This document shows positions 9,201 through 18,518 of a DNA stretch of 52,046 nt, piece after piece. The stretch is from the NCBI GenBank assembly GCA_041288095.1, contig JBGGMJ010000001.1, positions 1 through 52,046 on the forward strand, given 5' to 3'. Source of the DNA: Myxococcota bacterium (GTDB taxonomy: Bacteria > Myxococcota > XYA12-FULL-58-9 > JALHOP01). The notes below the pieces were generated by a model. The model did no database searches and was not told the DNA's origin. It saw nothing but the letters and a program-made list of their open reading frames with translations. Every line of letters starts with the position of its first letter. Position 1 is the stretch's first letter. The position numbers and the translations under genes are program-made.

Positions 9201-10894
9201 GCGGGCCTCGTGAGCATCACATCGTCGATGAACATGCGGTCGACGCCGTGGCGCACGAAGAAGGAGAGCGCGTCGGTGGCGGTCGCGACCATGGGCTCAC
9301 CGGGCCCATTGAGCGACGTGTTCAAGATGACCGGAATGTCGCCGCGCTGCTTCAAGTGCCCGAGCACGGCGCCGAGCTGGGTCGACGGTCCGACGGTTTG
9401 GACGCGCGCGGTGCCGTCCACGTGGGTCACCGCCGGCAACGCTTCGGGCTTCAAGACCTCGGCAACCGTCGTCATGAACGGCGTCATCGCGTTCGCGCCG
9501 CCGGCGAACCACGCGGCGGCGTCGGACTCGAGCACGACTGGCGCGAACGGGCGGAAAGGCTCGCGCTTCTTCACGGCGCGGTTCAGGCGCTCGCGCATCT
9601 CGACATCGTCGGCGCGGGCCAAAATGGAACGAAAGCCGAGGGCGCGTGGACCCCACTCGCAGCGCCCCTGGACACAGGCGACGATCTCGCGCGCGGCAAT
9701 TGCGTCTGCTATCGCGGACGCGACATCCACGACCGGCAACGCGATGAGCCCGAGCGCCCGAGCGTGCGTCGCGATAGGCGCACCCGCGACGGCTACGCCC
9801 AGATCGGCGCCCGCGAGCGGCGCGGGACGCGGCGAGCCCCGGGTCAGCGCCCCGAGAATGGCGGCGCCCAAGGCACCGCCAGCGTCGCCCGCCGCCGGCT
9901 GCACGAAGACGTTCGCGAAGCCGGCTTCACGAGCGATCCGCCGGTTGGCGACGGCGTTGAGCGCGACGCCGCCGGCAAGGCAAAGCGCGTCTTCTCCCGT
10001 GCGCCGCTTCGCTTCCGTGGCGATGGCGATGAGCGCGTCTTCGAGAGCGTCTTGGGCGCTGCGGGCAATGTCGGCGTAAGCACGGTCGCGCTCGGTCGTG
10101 AGGTCCCAGCGCTCGAACGGCGAGCGCGCCGGCCCCAAGAGGCCGATGAGCTTCTGGCCGTAGCCGAGCTCGGTGCGCGTGAAGCGGTCGAAGTAGTCGA
10201 GCCCGAGCTCGTAGCTGCCGTCGCTCGCGACCTTGAGGAGGCGCGCCATCTCTTCGCGACGCGCCGGCTTCCCGTACGCCGCGAGCCCCATCACCTTGTA
10301 CTCGCCATCGTTCACCTCGAAGCCGAGGTAGGCGGTGATGGCCGCGTAAAAGAGACCGAGCGAATGCGGGTAGTCGATGTGCGTGAGCTCGCGCAGCCCT
10401 TCGGCGTCGGCGTGCCACAAGCTGGTGCACGCCTCCTCGCCAACCGCGTCCACCACCATCACGGCGGCGCGCTCGAATGGGCTGCAATAGACTGCGCTCG
10501 CCGCGTGCGCCTGGTGATGGCGCACCAGCTCGATACGGGCGCGGGGGATGCTCAAGGCGTCCGCCAAAGCGTCCATAACCCAGATCTTGCCGCCGAGCTG
10601 CGAGCCCAGTGCTCTCGGGAACTGCCGCAGCGCCCGCGGAAAAGCGCGCAGGGTGCCGACCAAGACGCGTTCGAGCTTGGCGTACGGATTCTCGTAGAAG
10701 ACCACGGCGTCGAGGTCACCGGCGCTGATCCCACCCAGCCGCAAGACCGCATCCATGGCGCGTTTCGGCAGCGAAGCGTCGTTCTTGATGCGCGACAACC
10801 GCTCCTCGTGTTGCGCCGCGACGATGCGGCCGTCGATGACGAGGGCGGCGGCGGCGTCGTGATAGTGCGCCGAGACCCCGAGGACCGCGGTCAT
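9197..10894 (-). CDS. Carbamoyltransferase (NodU/CmcH/TobZ family)
   Basis: HYHDAAAAL, EERLSRIK, HHQAHAAS, HSLGLFY, GEYKVMGLAAYG, LAGGVALN, EWGPRALG.RS, KKREPFRPFAP, HVDGTARVQTV and NTSLN motifs. Confidence 0.96.
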   Translation of the reverse strand: MTAVLGVSAHYHDAAAALVIDGRIVAAQHEERLSRIKNDASLPKRAMDAVLRLGGISAGDLDAVVFYENPYAKLERVLVGTLRAFPRALRQFPRALGSQLGGKIWVMDALADALSIPRARIELVRHHQAHAASAVYCSPFERAAVMVVDAVGEEACTSLWHADAEGLRELTHIDYPHSLGLFYAAITAYLGFEVNDGEYKVMGLAAYGKPARREEMARLLKVASDGSYELGLDYFDRFTRTELGYGQKLIGLLGPARSPFERWDLTTERDRAYADIARSAQDALEDALIAIATEAKRRTGEDALCLAGGVALNAVANRRIAREAGFANVFVQPAAGDAGGALGAAILGALTRGSPRPAPLAGADLGVAVAGAPIATHARALGLIALPVVDVASAIADAIAAREIVACVQGRCEWGPRALGFRSILARADDVEMRERLNRAVKKREPFRPFAPVVLESDAAAWFAGGANAMTPFMTTVAEVLKPEALPAVTHVDGTARVQTVGPSTQLGAVLGHLKQRGDIPVILNTSLNGPGEPMVATATDALSFFVRHGVDRMFIDDVMLTRPA

Positions 10895-11565
10895 CGCCAA
10901 CCGCTGGCGCGCGGAGCACGTGCTCGCATGACCAGCGCGAACGGCGCGATGACCAGGTACAGGAGCCACATGGTCGCCGTGAACAGGTGATTCGAGAGAG
11001 CACGGCCGTGGCGCAGCCAGGTGCGCTTGAGCTCCCAGCGGACCGAGGCGCGCAGTGCTCTCGCGGCCGCCGCCTCACCACCGCTCAAGCGGACGAGCAG
11101 CTCGCGGGTATAGAGCTCGTGCCGGCGCTCGTCTTCCAAGACGCGCGCGAACACCGAGGCGGTCTTGGCGTCATCATGCGCTTCGAAGTAGCGCTGATAG
11201 ACCTCGAACTGTGTGCGGGCGCGGCATTAGCCACGATGCACGAAGGCGAGGAAAGCCACCTCGCCGAGCATGCCGTATAGATGGTCGACGTCGGCGCGCG
11301 GTGCGCCGTAGGACGGCATTCCGCGCTTGCTCTGCAGCTCGCCGGCGCGCCGCGCGAACATCACCGCGTGGCGCGACTCGTCCATGGCGTGCTGCAGGTA
11401 CAGCGCGGCGCGATCGGGGTCGCCCGCGAGCTGCGCGGCCATCGACAGGTCGATGGCGCTCCCCTGCTCGGCCAGCGCGAAGCCGTGGAGCTTCCCGGCC
11501 GTGTGCCCGAGCGAACGCCAGACAACGAGGCTCGTCAGGCGAGCGAAGGTGCCGCGCAGACTCAT
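10891..11565 (-). pseudogene. Ferritin-like di-iron protein with C-terminal SxtJ-like membrane segment, interrupted by an in-frame TAA at 11227-11229
   Basis: ORF-track pieces 11227..11598 and 10891..11154 share one frame. Reading through gives ..LAEQGS..MDESRH..VHRG*CRARTQFEVY..LEDERRHELYT..LLYLVIAPFALVMR. ATGA overlaps occur at both ends. Confidence 0.8.
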
Positions 11566-13754
11566 GTTCCGCCCAAGCAGACGCGGGTCTCCGGCCATTC
11601 ACCGCACTGCCCCGAGCCGCAGGCCACCTCGTCGCTGCACAGTGGAAAACACTGAGACGTGCCACCTGCGAGCGTCGTACCCTCCGGACACGTCGGCCGG
11701 CTACTCGGGAAGCCCTGCGCGCACTCGAGGAGCTTCGCGCATTGGCCACGGTCGAGATGCTCCATCTTGTAGGTGGCGAAGCACTCCGGCCGCGTCGAGC
11801 CATAAACGTCGAGACAATCCGCCGAGCCGGTGAAGGCGCGGTGACACTGACACAGCACCTGCTCCTCGTGACTGACCGCGCTCGCGGGGGTAGCGCCCGC
11901 CGTCGGCGCCGCGAGCGTGCCGGCGATGACACCGTCCGCGCCGCGTGTTGCCTCGAGACGCTGCGCGCGGTCGGCCCACGTAAGGTCGATCACGAGCTTC
12001 TTGCCCTCGAGCACCGGCGCGACGACGCTCATGACCTCGCCGTTGGCGTTGACGTAGCTATCTCCTGGACCTTCGACGACTTTGACGAAGCGCGGCGTGT
12101 TGCCTGGACCTTTGCGGCATTGGACGCGCAGCCACTCGTCGATTTGCACGGTCTCGCAACCGGCCTTTCCGCTGCCGCGGACGATGATCTCGGGAGTACG
12201 TCGAAACTCCTCGGCGCTGGGAACGCGGCTGCGGCCGACACTGAGCGCACCCGAGCTGGGCGCGAGCGGCGCGGGCTTCGCGAGCACGGCGGCGATTGCA
12301 TCCGCCACGGCGGCGTGACCTTTCGGCGTCATGTGAATATCGCGGTCGAGAAACGCGCCGGGCTCGGCGGCTTTCAAGGTCGGTAGCGCATCGAGCGTAC
12401 GCATACCGCGCTGCGCCGCCGCGGCGATGAGATGCTCGGTCAACACCGCGAGATCACCGACATCATGCTGCTCGAGCCCGTATTTGGCCCACTCGGCGGC
12501 GTCGACCTGGAGGTCGATCGGCAGCACCACCAACATCGGGTCGCAAGCCGGCCGACGGCACAAGCGCGCCAGCTCGTCGAGCTGGGCATCGAGCGGCGAG
12601 GCGACCCGTTTCATGTCCAGAGGCTCGCGACGCAGATCACCGAGCTTCTTCAGCGTCGCCATGTAGTGCGCCTTGGCTTCCTGAAGCTCGGCGATGTCGG
12701 TGGTGCCGCTGCGCCGCTGCAGGGCTTCGCGGTACTCGACGCTCTTGCGGACGACGTCCGGGGTCACCTTGCTGTCTTCTTCTTGGGCGCGACGCGTGGC
12801 CTGGCCGGCGCGCACGAGCTGATAGAACGTGTAGTCACCGCGACGCGCCGACTCACTGAAGAACGCGGGCGCGACGATGTCACCGGGATTGCCGCGCGCG
12901 GCGATGAGCTTCTTCTCGACGTCTTCGGGGTCGGCCTCTTCCTTGTTGGCGCTCCAGAACACCAGCGCCAGGTCGAGACGGCGCGCCGCATCGTCCGCGG
13001 CGACGAGGCTCTCTTGATATGCCGCGGCCCCTACCTTGTCCGGGACCACGGTCAAATCGGGTGCCTTGGTGAGCCCGGCGAGCTCCTTCCACGAGCCTTC
13101 CGACGGCAGCGCCCCGATGGTCGCGGCGGTGGTCTCATGGGTGAGGCGGCGCACCGCGTACACCAGGTGCGACTTGCGCATGATCAGATCGCGCAACGGA
13201 AACTCGGCCACGTCCGCTGGAGCGGTCTCGATACGCACGGCCCAGCCGTCCCAGACGCGGTGACGCTCGCGGTTGGGACGGGCGATCTCGAACAGGTCGT
13301 TGACCATGTTGATGGTCAGAATCAACGTCTTCGGCTTCTGCTTCTCCACCACCTCGCGGGCGATCTTCATGAACTCGGGTGGGCCCAGAGTCGGCACGCC
13401 GACGTTGAGCACGGGCCGTCCAGTGTGCAGACCCAGCTGCGCCGCGAAGCTTTCGTTCTCTTCGACGCCCAGCCCGAAGACTTGCGAATCACCCACTACG
13501 GCGATGGCGTTCGTGGCGTCGTCGGGCCAGTCGGCGCCACGGTAGCCCGCGGAGTTGATACGAACGCTGCTCGTCGGATTGCCGCCAAAACGTACGCGCT
13601 GGCTCGCCCCCGGACGCAGCCGCACCCCGAGCTCCGCGTCTTCGGCATAGAGATTGAGATGCGGAAAAGCTCCGTCATCCCGGAACCAGAAAACTGCTTC
13701 AGCAACCACGAGGCCCACGGTGAGGCCCACGAGAACCTGCAGCAGACGACGCAT
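11562..13754 (-). CDS. Membrane-anchored SGNH/GDSL hydrolase-like protein with helical insertion and Cys-rich C-terminus
   Basis: N-terminal TM helix; INSAGYRG; VGDSQVFG (block I); VLNVGVP (block II); NDL (block III); DIHMTPKGH (block V). Confidence 0.85.
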   Translation of the reverse strand: MRRLLQVLVGLTVGLVVAEAVFWFRDDGAFPHLNLYAEDAELGVRLRPGASQRVRFGGNPTSSVRINSAGYRGADWPDDATNAIAVVGDSQVFGLGVEENESFAAQLGLHTGRPVLNVGVPTLGPPEFMKIAREVVEKQKPKTLILTINMVNDLFEIARPNRERHRVWDGWAVRIETAPADVAEFPLRDLIMRKSHLVYAVRRLTHETTAATIGALPSEGSWKELAGLTKAPDLTVVPDKVGAAAYQESLVAADDAARRLDLALVFWSANKEEADPEDVEKKLIAARGNPGDIVAPAFFSESARRGDYTFYQLVRAGQATRRAQEEDSKVTPDVVRKSVEYREALQRRSGTTDIAELQEAKAHYMATLKKLGDLRREPLDMKRVASPLDAQLDELARLCRRPACDPMLVVLPIDLQVDAAEWAKYGLEQHDVGDLAVLTEHLIAAAAQRGMRTLDALPTLKAAEPGAFLDRDIHMTPKGHAAVADAIAAVLAKPAPLAPSSGALSVGRSRVPSAEEFRRTPEIIVRGSGKAGCETVQIDEWLRVQCRKGPGNTPRFVKVVEGPGDSYVNANGEVMSVVAPVLEGKKLVIDLTWADRAQRLEATRGADGVIAGTLAAPTAGATPASAVSHEEQVLCQCHRAFTGSADCLDVYGSTRPECFATYKMEHLDRGQCAKLLECAQGFPSSRPTCPEGTTLAGGTSQCFPLCSDEVACGSGQCGEWPETRVCLGGT

Positions 13755-13831
13755 CTTGCGAGGATAGCCTGTCGGGTTACCCACCGACTCGGATTTTTGT
13801 AAAGCGCCGCGTCAGGGCCTACACTCTTGCG

Positions 13832-14275
13832 ATGGGCGTCGGCAGCGCGGAGCAATTCGAGCGCGGCAAGCGCGCGATGGCGGACGACCGCCTCCTGGAA
13901 GCGCTCGCCGCCTTCGAATCGGCGTACCGCGCCGAGCCCAGCAATGCCGAGTACCAGTCGTTCTACGGGCTACTGCATGCGCTCGAGCGCGGCCGTACCC
14001 GCGAGGGGGCGGTCCTGGCGCGTGACGCTGCCGAGCGCGCACCCGAGCTCGCGAGCAGTCACTTGAACCTCGCCAAGGTCCTATTGGCTTGCAAAGACAA
14101 GGCCGGAGCCGTCGCGGCGCTGAAGCATGGGCTAGCACACCACCCGGGCAACGAGGCCCTGCTGGCCGAGATCAAGAAGCTCGGAGTGCGCAAGCCACCC
14201 GTATTCAAGAAGCTCCCGCGCGACCATCCGCTCAACAAGTACGCCGGCAAGATCGCGCACTGGTTCCGTCGCTGA
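13832..14275 (+). CDS. Tetratricopeptide repeat protein
   Basis: TPR-like helices (A..AFE.AY..EP.N, HLNLAKV..A); C-terminal KLGVRKPPVF..LPRDHPLNKY. Confidence 0.8.
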   Translation: MGVGSAEQFERGKRAMADDRLLEALAAFESAYRAEPSNAEYQSFYGLLHALERGRTREGAVLARDAAERAPELASSHLNLAKVLLACKDKAGAVAALKHGLAHHPGNEALLAEIKKLGVRKPPVFKKLPRDHPLNKYAGKIAHWFRR

Positions 14276-14276
14276 G

Positions 14277-14750
14277 CTAGCGGTGGCGGCGGCTCAAGCG
14301 ACGACGCTTGATGCCGTCGTTCGTGGGACTCTCGTTTTCACCCTGCAACTGCGGATCGACGGCGCTGGTGAGCGTGCGATCCTGCTCGGCGACGGCCGGC
14401 TGCCCGGCGGCGACCTCGCGGACATCGGCGCGCATCAGCAAAACGACGACGATGGCGACCAGGAGCATGACCGCCTGCGCGATGACGACACCCATGAGCA
14501 GACCCTGGCGCTTGCGCGTACGTTCCGCTATAGCGTGCACCCCGTCGACGCGCTCGGCGACCCGCAGCGACGCGCTCGGGTCGCTGGTCGCCATCAGGTT
14601 CTCCATGCGGAAGACGGCTTCGCGGCTTTGCTCGACGAGCTGGCGCACCTCGGCCAGGCTCTCTTGCATCTGCTCGCGGACGTCCTCGACGGCGCCCATC
14701 AGGGCTTCGAGGCGCACGTCTACGGGTGGGCTGCCTGAATCGTCGGCCAT
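14277..14750 (-). CDS. Hypothetical coiled-coil protein with one TM helix
   Basis: Heptad-like N-terminal half and hydrophobic LLMGVVIAQAVMLLVAIVVVLLM; directly downstream of hemH on the same strand. Confidence 0.7.
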   Translation of the reverse strand: MADDSGSPPVDVRLEALMGAVEDVREQMQESLAEVRQLVEQSREAVFRMENLMATSDPSASLRVAERVDGVHAIAERTRKRQGLLMGVVIAQAVMLLVAIVVVLLMRADVREVAAGQPAVAEQDRTLTSAVDPQLQGENESPTNDGIKRRRLSRRHR

Positions 14751-14763
14751 CGGAAAGATTGTT

Positions 14764-15798
14764 TTACCCTACGGCGAGGCTCCGGACCATCGCTTCGACA
14801 GTCTTGAGCCAGCGTGGGTGGTCATTCAAAGACGGCACCAGAACCAGGTCTTCGCCACCCACCGACAGCCACTGCTCCCGCCCACGCATGCCCACTTCCT
14901 CGAGGGTCTCCAGGCAGTCCGCGACGAACGCCGGGCACATCACGGCGAGGCGTTTGACGCCCCGCGCCGCGAGCTCCGGAAGAACGATGTCGGTGTACGG
15001 CTTCACCCAGGGGTCGCGCCCCAGCCGAGATTGGAACGACATCATGACGCGGTCGCTCGCGAGCCCGAGGGTCTTGGCCAGCGCCATTGTGGTGTGATGG
15101 CAGTGTGAGCGGTAGCACTTCACGTTGGCGGCCACACGCTGGGCGCAACAATCGGGCGACGCGAAGCAGTGTGCCCGCGTGGGATCACTCTCTCGTACCT
15201 GGCGCTCCGGGAGCCCGTGGTAGCTGAAGAGCACCATGTCCGGTTGAAAGCTCCACAGCACCGGCGTTGCCACCTCGGCAAACGCGGCGATGAACTCGGC
15301 ATCCCCGAAGAAAGGGGGTACGAATCGCAGGTCATCGATGCCGGCGCGGCGCGCCAGGTCGGCCAGCGCGACCATGGAGCTGCCGGTCGCCGCTTCCGAG
15401 TACTGGGGATACATCGGTACCCCGACGATGCGCTTGACGCCGCGATCGCGAAGGTCGCGCACCACCGACAAAAGCGAGGGATTGCCGTAGCGCATGCCGA
15501 CGCGCACCAGGAAGTCCGGTCCGAGGAGAGCCTGCACCCCCGCGGCGGCGCGCTGGCTGAAGACGAGGAGCGGTGAGCCCTCCTGCGTCCAGACCTTGGC
15601 ATAGGCTTCGGCGCTCTTCTTGGGCCGGGTCCGCAGGATGATGCCGTGGACCAGGAGCCAGCGCTTCCACGTCGGGATGTCGAGGACCTTGGGGTCCATG
15701 AGGAACTCACCGAGATAGCGGCGGACCTCGTTCGTGCGGGGAGCGTCGGGGGTACCGACATTGATGAGCACGACGCCGACAGGTGATGCGGTAGCCAT
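14764..15798 (-). CDS. hemH: Ferrochelatase
   Basis: NVGTP, YLGEFL.D, GSPL, MRYGNPS, PMYPQYS, FSYHGLP, FQSRLG..PW.KPYT and FVADCLETLEE motifs. Confidence 0.97.
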   Translation of the reverse strand: MATASPVGVVLINVGTPDAPRTNEVRRYLGEFLMDPKVLDIPTWKRWLLVHGIILRTRPKKSAEAYAKVWTQEGSPLLVFSQRAAAGVQALLGPDFLVRVGMRYGNPSLLSVVRDLRDRGVKRIVGVPMYPQYSEAATGSSMVALADLARRAGIDDLRFVPPFFGDAEFIAAFAEVATPVLWSFQPDMVLFSYHGLPERQVRESDPTRAHCFASPDCCAQRVAANVKCYRSHCHHTTMALAKTLGLASDRVMMSFQSRLGRDPWVKPYTDIVLPELAARGVKRLAVMCPAFVADCLETLEEVGMRGREQWLSVGGEDLVLVPSLNDHPRWLKTVEAMVRSLAVG

Positions 15799-15821
15799 GG
15801 CCGACGCGCTACATAACGCGC

Positions 15822-17720
15822 GTGCCCTACGACGTCACGCATTTCGACAATCTAGGCAGGCTCCTCGAGCTCGAGCGGGCCGAGGAGGAGAGCCGTCACC
15901 GTGCTCTCGTCGACGGGACCAGCGACGCCGAGCTCGTGCGTTTGGGCCTACGCCTCACCGAGCTCGAGGCGCACGAAGAATCGGTCGGTTTTGGCGGGCG
16001 GGTCATCATCACCTTTCAGCGAGCCGGTAACGCCGAGCTCGGCGACGGGTTCGACCCGGGCGCGGTGGTCGAGGTGGCCCCAAAGCGCAGCGAAACCGCG
16101 CTCGCATGGAAAGCCATCGTGGCGCGCAGACGTAGCGGCAGCATCGCCCTCGCCTTCGATGAGCCACCGGGCGAGGAGCTCTGGAACGGGCGCATGACGC
16201 TCACCATCCTCCCCAACGACGTAACCCACCGCCGCGCCAAAGCCGCGCTTGCCGAGGTTCGCGGCATGGAAAAAGGCACGGCCCGGCGCCGGCGCGACGT
16301 GCTGCTGGGGGAAGCCGAGCCACGCGCGACGACTCCCGACGCCCGTCCGCTCGAGCGGCCACTGAACGCCGAGCAGACGCTCGCGGTCCATGGCTGCCTC
16401 GCCGCGGACGACGTGTTCTTGGTCCACGGTCCGCCCGGCACCGGCAAGAGCACGGTGCTGGCCGAGGTCGCGGTGCAAGCAGTACGGCGCGGACGGCGCG
16501 TGCTCGCGACGGCCGCCAGCAACTCCGCGGTCGATCACCTGGTGTCCATCTGCGCGGCGCAGGGCCTCGACGTCGTGCGCATCGGCCACCCGGCGCGTGT
16601 CGCCGAACGCCTGCATCCTCACGTCTTGGACGTACGCCTGGAGGAACATCCCGACGTCATCGTGGCGCGCGATCTCTTCGAGCAAGCGCTCGCGGCGAAG
16701 GGCTACGCCCGCCGGCAGCGCCAGCGCGGCCGCAGCCAGGACCGCTTCGCCAACGCCCGCGAAGCCTCGGCCGCGGCGGCCGGCATGTTCAAGGACGCGC
16801 GGCTCCTCGAGCGTCGCGCCGCGAAGGCCATCCTCGACGACGCCGACGTCATCTGTGCGACGCTCACCGCGCTCGGCGGCTCCGAGCTCGCCGACGAGCG
16901 TTTCGATCTGGCGTTGCTCGACGAGGCGACGCAGGCCATCGAGCCGCTGTCGTTGCTCGCGTTCTTGAAGGCCGATCGTTTGGTGCTGGCTGGTGACCAC
17001 AAGCAGCTCGGTCCAACGGTGTTGTCTCAGAAAGCAGCGCGCGAGGGCCTCGCGACCAGTCTCTTCGTCCGCTTGCTCGAGGTCCACGGCGACCCAGTGA
17101 AGGTGATGCTGCGCGAGCAGTACCGGATGCACGAGGCGATCATGGCCTACCCGTCGTCGGCGATGTACGGCGGCGAGCTCCGCGCTCATGCCAGCGTCGC
17201 CCAGCGCCGGCTCGCCGAGCTGCTCGAAAAGCCGGACGGCTTCGACGATGCGCCGCTCGTCTTCATCGACACCGCTGGCAAGGGCTTCGACGAAGAGCGA
17301 CCGGAAGGCAGTGAGAGCCTGGCGAACCCCGGCGAAGCGGACCTCGTCGCGACCTACGTCCGCTGTGTCATGGAGCGCGGCCTCCCCGCGGAGGCAATCT
17401 CGGTCATCGCACCCTACTCGGCGCAAGTCGCCGCGCTGAAGGCCCGCATCGAAGGCGTCGGCATCGACACCGTCGACGCCTTCCAGGGCCGCGAGAACGA
17501 GCTCGTGGTCGTCTCCCTCACGCGCGGCAACGCCGAAGGCGTCATCGGCTTTCTCGCGGACATCAATCGCATGAACGTGGCGATGACGCGCGCCAAACGG
17601 CAGCTCGTCGTTGTCGGCGATAGCGGAACAATCTCGGGTCACCCCTTCTATGCGGGGTTCATCGAGCACACCCAAGCGACCGGTGCCTACCGTTCGGCCT
17701 GGGAGCTCGAGATCGCCTGA
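15822..17720 (+). CDS. SF1B helicase, IGHMBP2/Upf1-like
   Basis: GPPGTGKS, SNSAVD, RIGHPAR, DEATQ, GDHKQL, QYRM, IAPYSAQV, TVDAFQGRE and RMNVAMTRA motifs. Confidence 0.95.
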   Translation: MPYDVTHFDNLGRLLELERAEEESRHRALVDGTSDAELVRLGLRLTELEAHEESVGFGGRVIITFQRAGNAELGDGFDPGAVVEVAPKRSETALAWKAIVARRRSGSIALAFDEPPGEELWNGRMTLTILPNDVTHRRAKAALAEVRGMEKGTARRRRDVLLGEAEPRATTPDARPLERPLNAEQTLAVHGCLAADDVFLVHGPPGTGKSTVLAEVAVQAVRRGRRVLATAASNSAVDHLVSICAAQGLDVVRIGHPARVAERLHPHVLDVRLEEHPDVIVARDLFEQALAAKGYARRQRQRGRSQDRFANAREASAAAAGMFKDARLLERRAAKAILDDADVICATLTALGGSELADERFDLALLDEATQAIEPLSLLAFLKADRLVLAGDHKQLGPTVLSQKAAREGLATSLFVRLLEVHGDPVKVMLREQYRMHEAIMAYPSSAMYGGELRAHASVAQRRLAELLEKPDGFDDAPLVFIDTAGKGFDEERPEGSESLANPGEADLVATYVRCVMERGLPAEAISVIAPYSAQVAALKARIEGVGIDTVDAFQGRENELVVVSLTRGNAEGVIGFLADINRMNVAMTRAKRQLVVVGDSGTISGHPFYAGFIEHTQATGAYRSAWELEIA

Positions 17721-17726
17721 GGCGGC

Positions 17727-18476
17727 CTAGGCTTGCGTCAGAATGATCGGCGCCCCTTCGGTGACGACCATCGTGTGCTCGAACTGCGCCGAGCGGCGGC
17801 CCGGCTTGTTGAGGAGGGTCCAGCCGTCGTCGGCTTCGCGCGCCCAGGTCGACGGGCCGGTGCTGAAGAACGGCTCGATGGTGATGACCTGGCCGAGCTC
17901 GAAGCGGCGGTGGTCGTTGGGGTCGTTGTAGCCGGCGATAAACTCGGGTTGCTCGTGCAGACCCTTGCCGATGCCGTGGCCGCCGAGGTTCTTGATGACC
18001 CCGTAACCGCCACGGTCGGCTTGCGCCTGGAGGATGCGGCCAACCTCGTTGAAGCGCCGTTCGGCGCGCACGGCTTCGAGCGCCCGCTCGAGAGCGGTAC
18101 GCGTCGAGTCGCAAAGCTTGACGATCTTCGGGTCGTACGGCGGCATCTGCAGGGTCGCGCCGGTGTCGGAGAAGTAGCCGTCCATTTCGGCGGACACATC
18201 GATGTTGACGACGTCGCCCGCCTCGATGAGACGATCGCCCGGGATCCCGTGGGCAATCTCTTCGTTGATGCTGATGCAGGTGGCGCCGGGGAAGTCGTAC
18301 ACGACGCGCGGGGCCGAGCGCGCGCCCTCACGCGTCAAGAAGGCCTCGCCGAACGCGTCGAGCTCGCGGGTGCTCATGCCGACCTGCGCGTGCTTAACCA
18401 TGGCGTCGCGACAACGCGCGACGATACGGCCAATACGGCGTAGCGCTTCCAGCTCATTGTCGTTCGAGATGGTCAT
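17727..18476 (-). CDS. map: Type I methionine aminopeptidase
   Basis: TCISINEEIAHGIP, NIDVS...GYFSD, GHGIG..LHE, TIEP and SAQFEHT motifs. Confidence 0.96.
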   Translation of the reverse strand: MTISNDNELEALRRIGRIVARCRDAMVKHAQVGMSTRELDAFGEAFLTREGARSAPRVVYDFPGATCISINEEIAHGIPGDRLIEAGDVVNIDVSAEMDGYFSDTGATLQMPPYDPKIVKLCDSTRTALERALEAVRAERRFNEVGRILQAQADRGGYGVIKNLGGHGIGKGLHEQPEFIAGYNDPNDHRRFELGQVITIEPFFSTGPSTWAREADDGWTLLNKPGRRSAQFEHTMVVTEGAPIILTQA

Positions 18477-18518
18477 GCCTGGCCACCGACGTTACCACAC
18501 CGGCACCGGACCGTGCGA

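Noticed and set aside
9248-10990. 580-aa plus-strand ORF, and similar long antisense ORFs over the S8 gene, metG, the helicase, pepA and acs
   Set aside because: Each overlaps a well-supported gene on the opposite strand.
11227-11229. Programmed stop-codon recoding (Sec/Pyl or alternative genetic code)
   Set aside because: The codon is TAA, which ends other genes here normally (e.g. acs). A point mutation or sequencing error is simpler.
15822-17720. SF1 helicase as part of an anti-phage defence system
   Set aside because: It is flanked by hemH and map, with no nuclease or other defence partner nearby.
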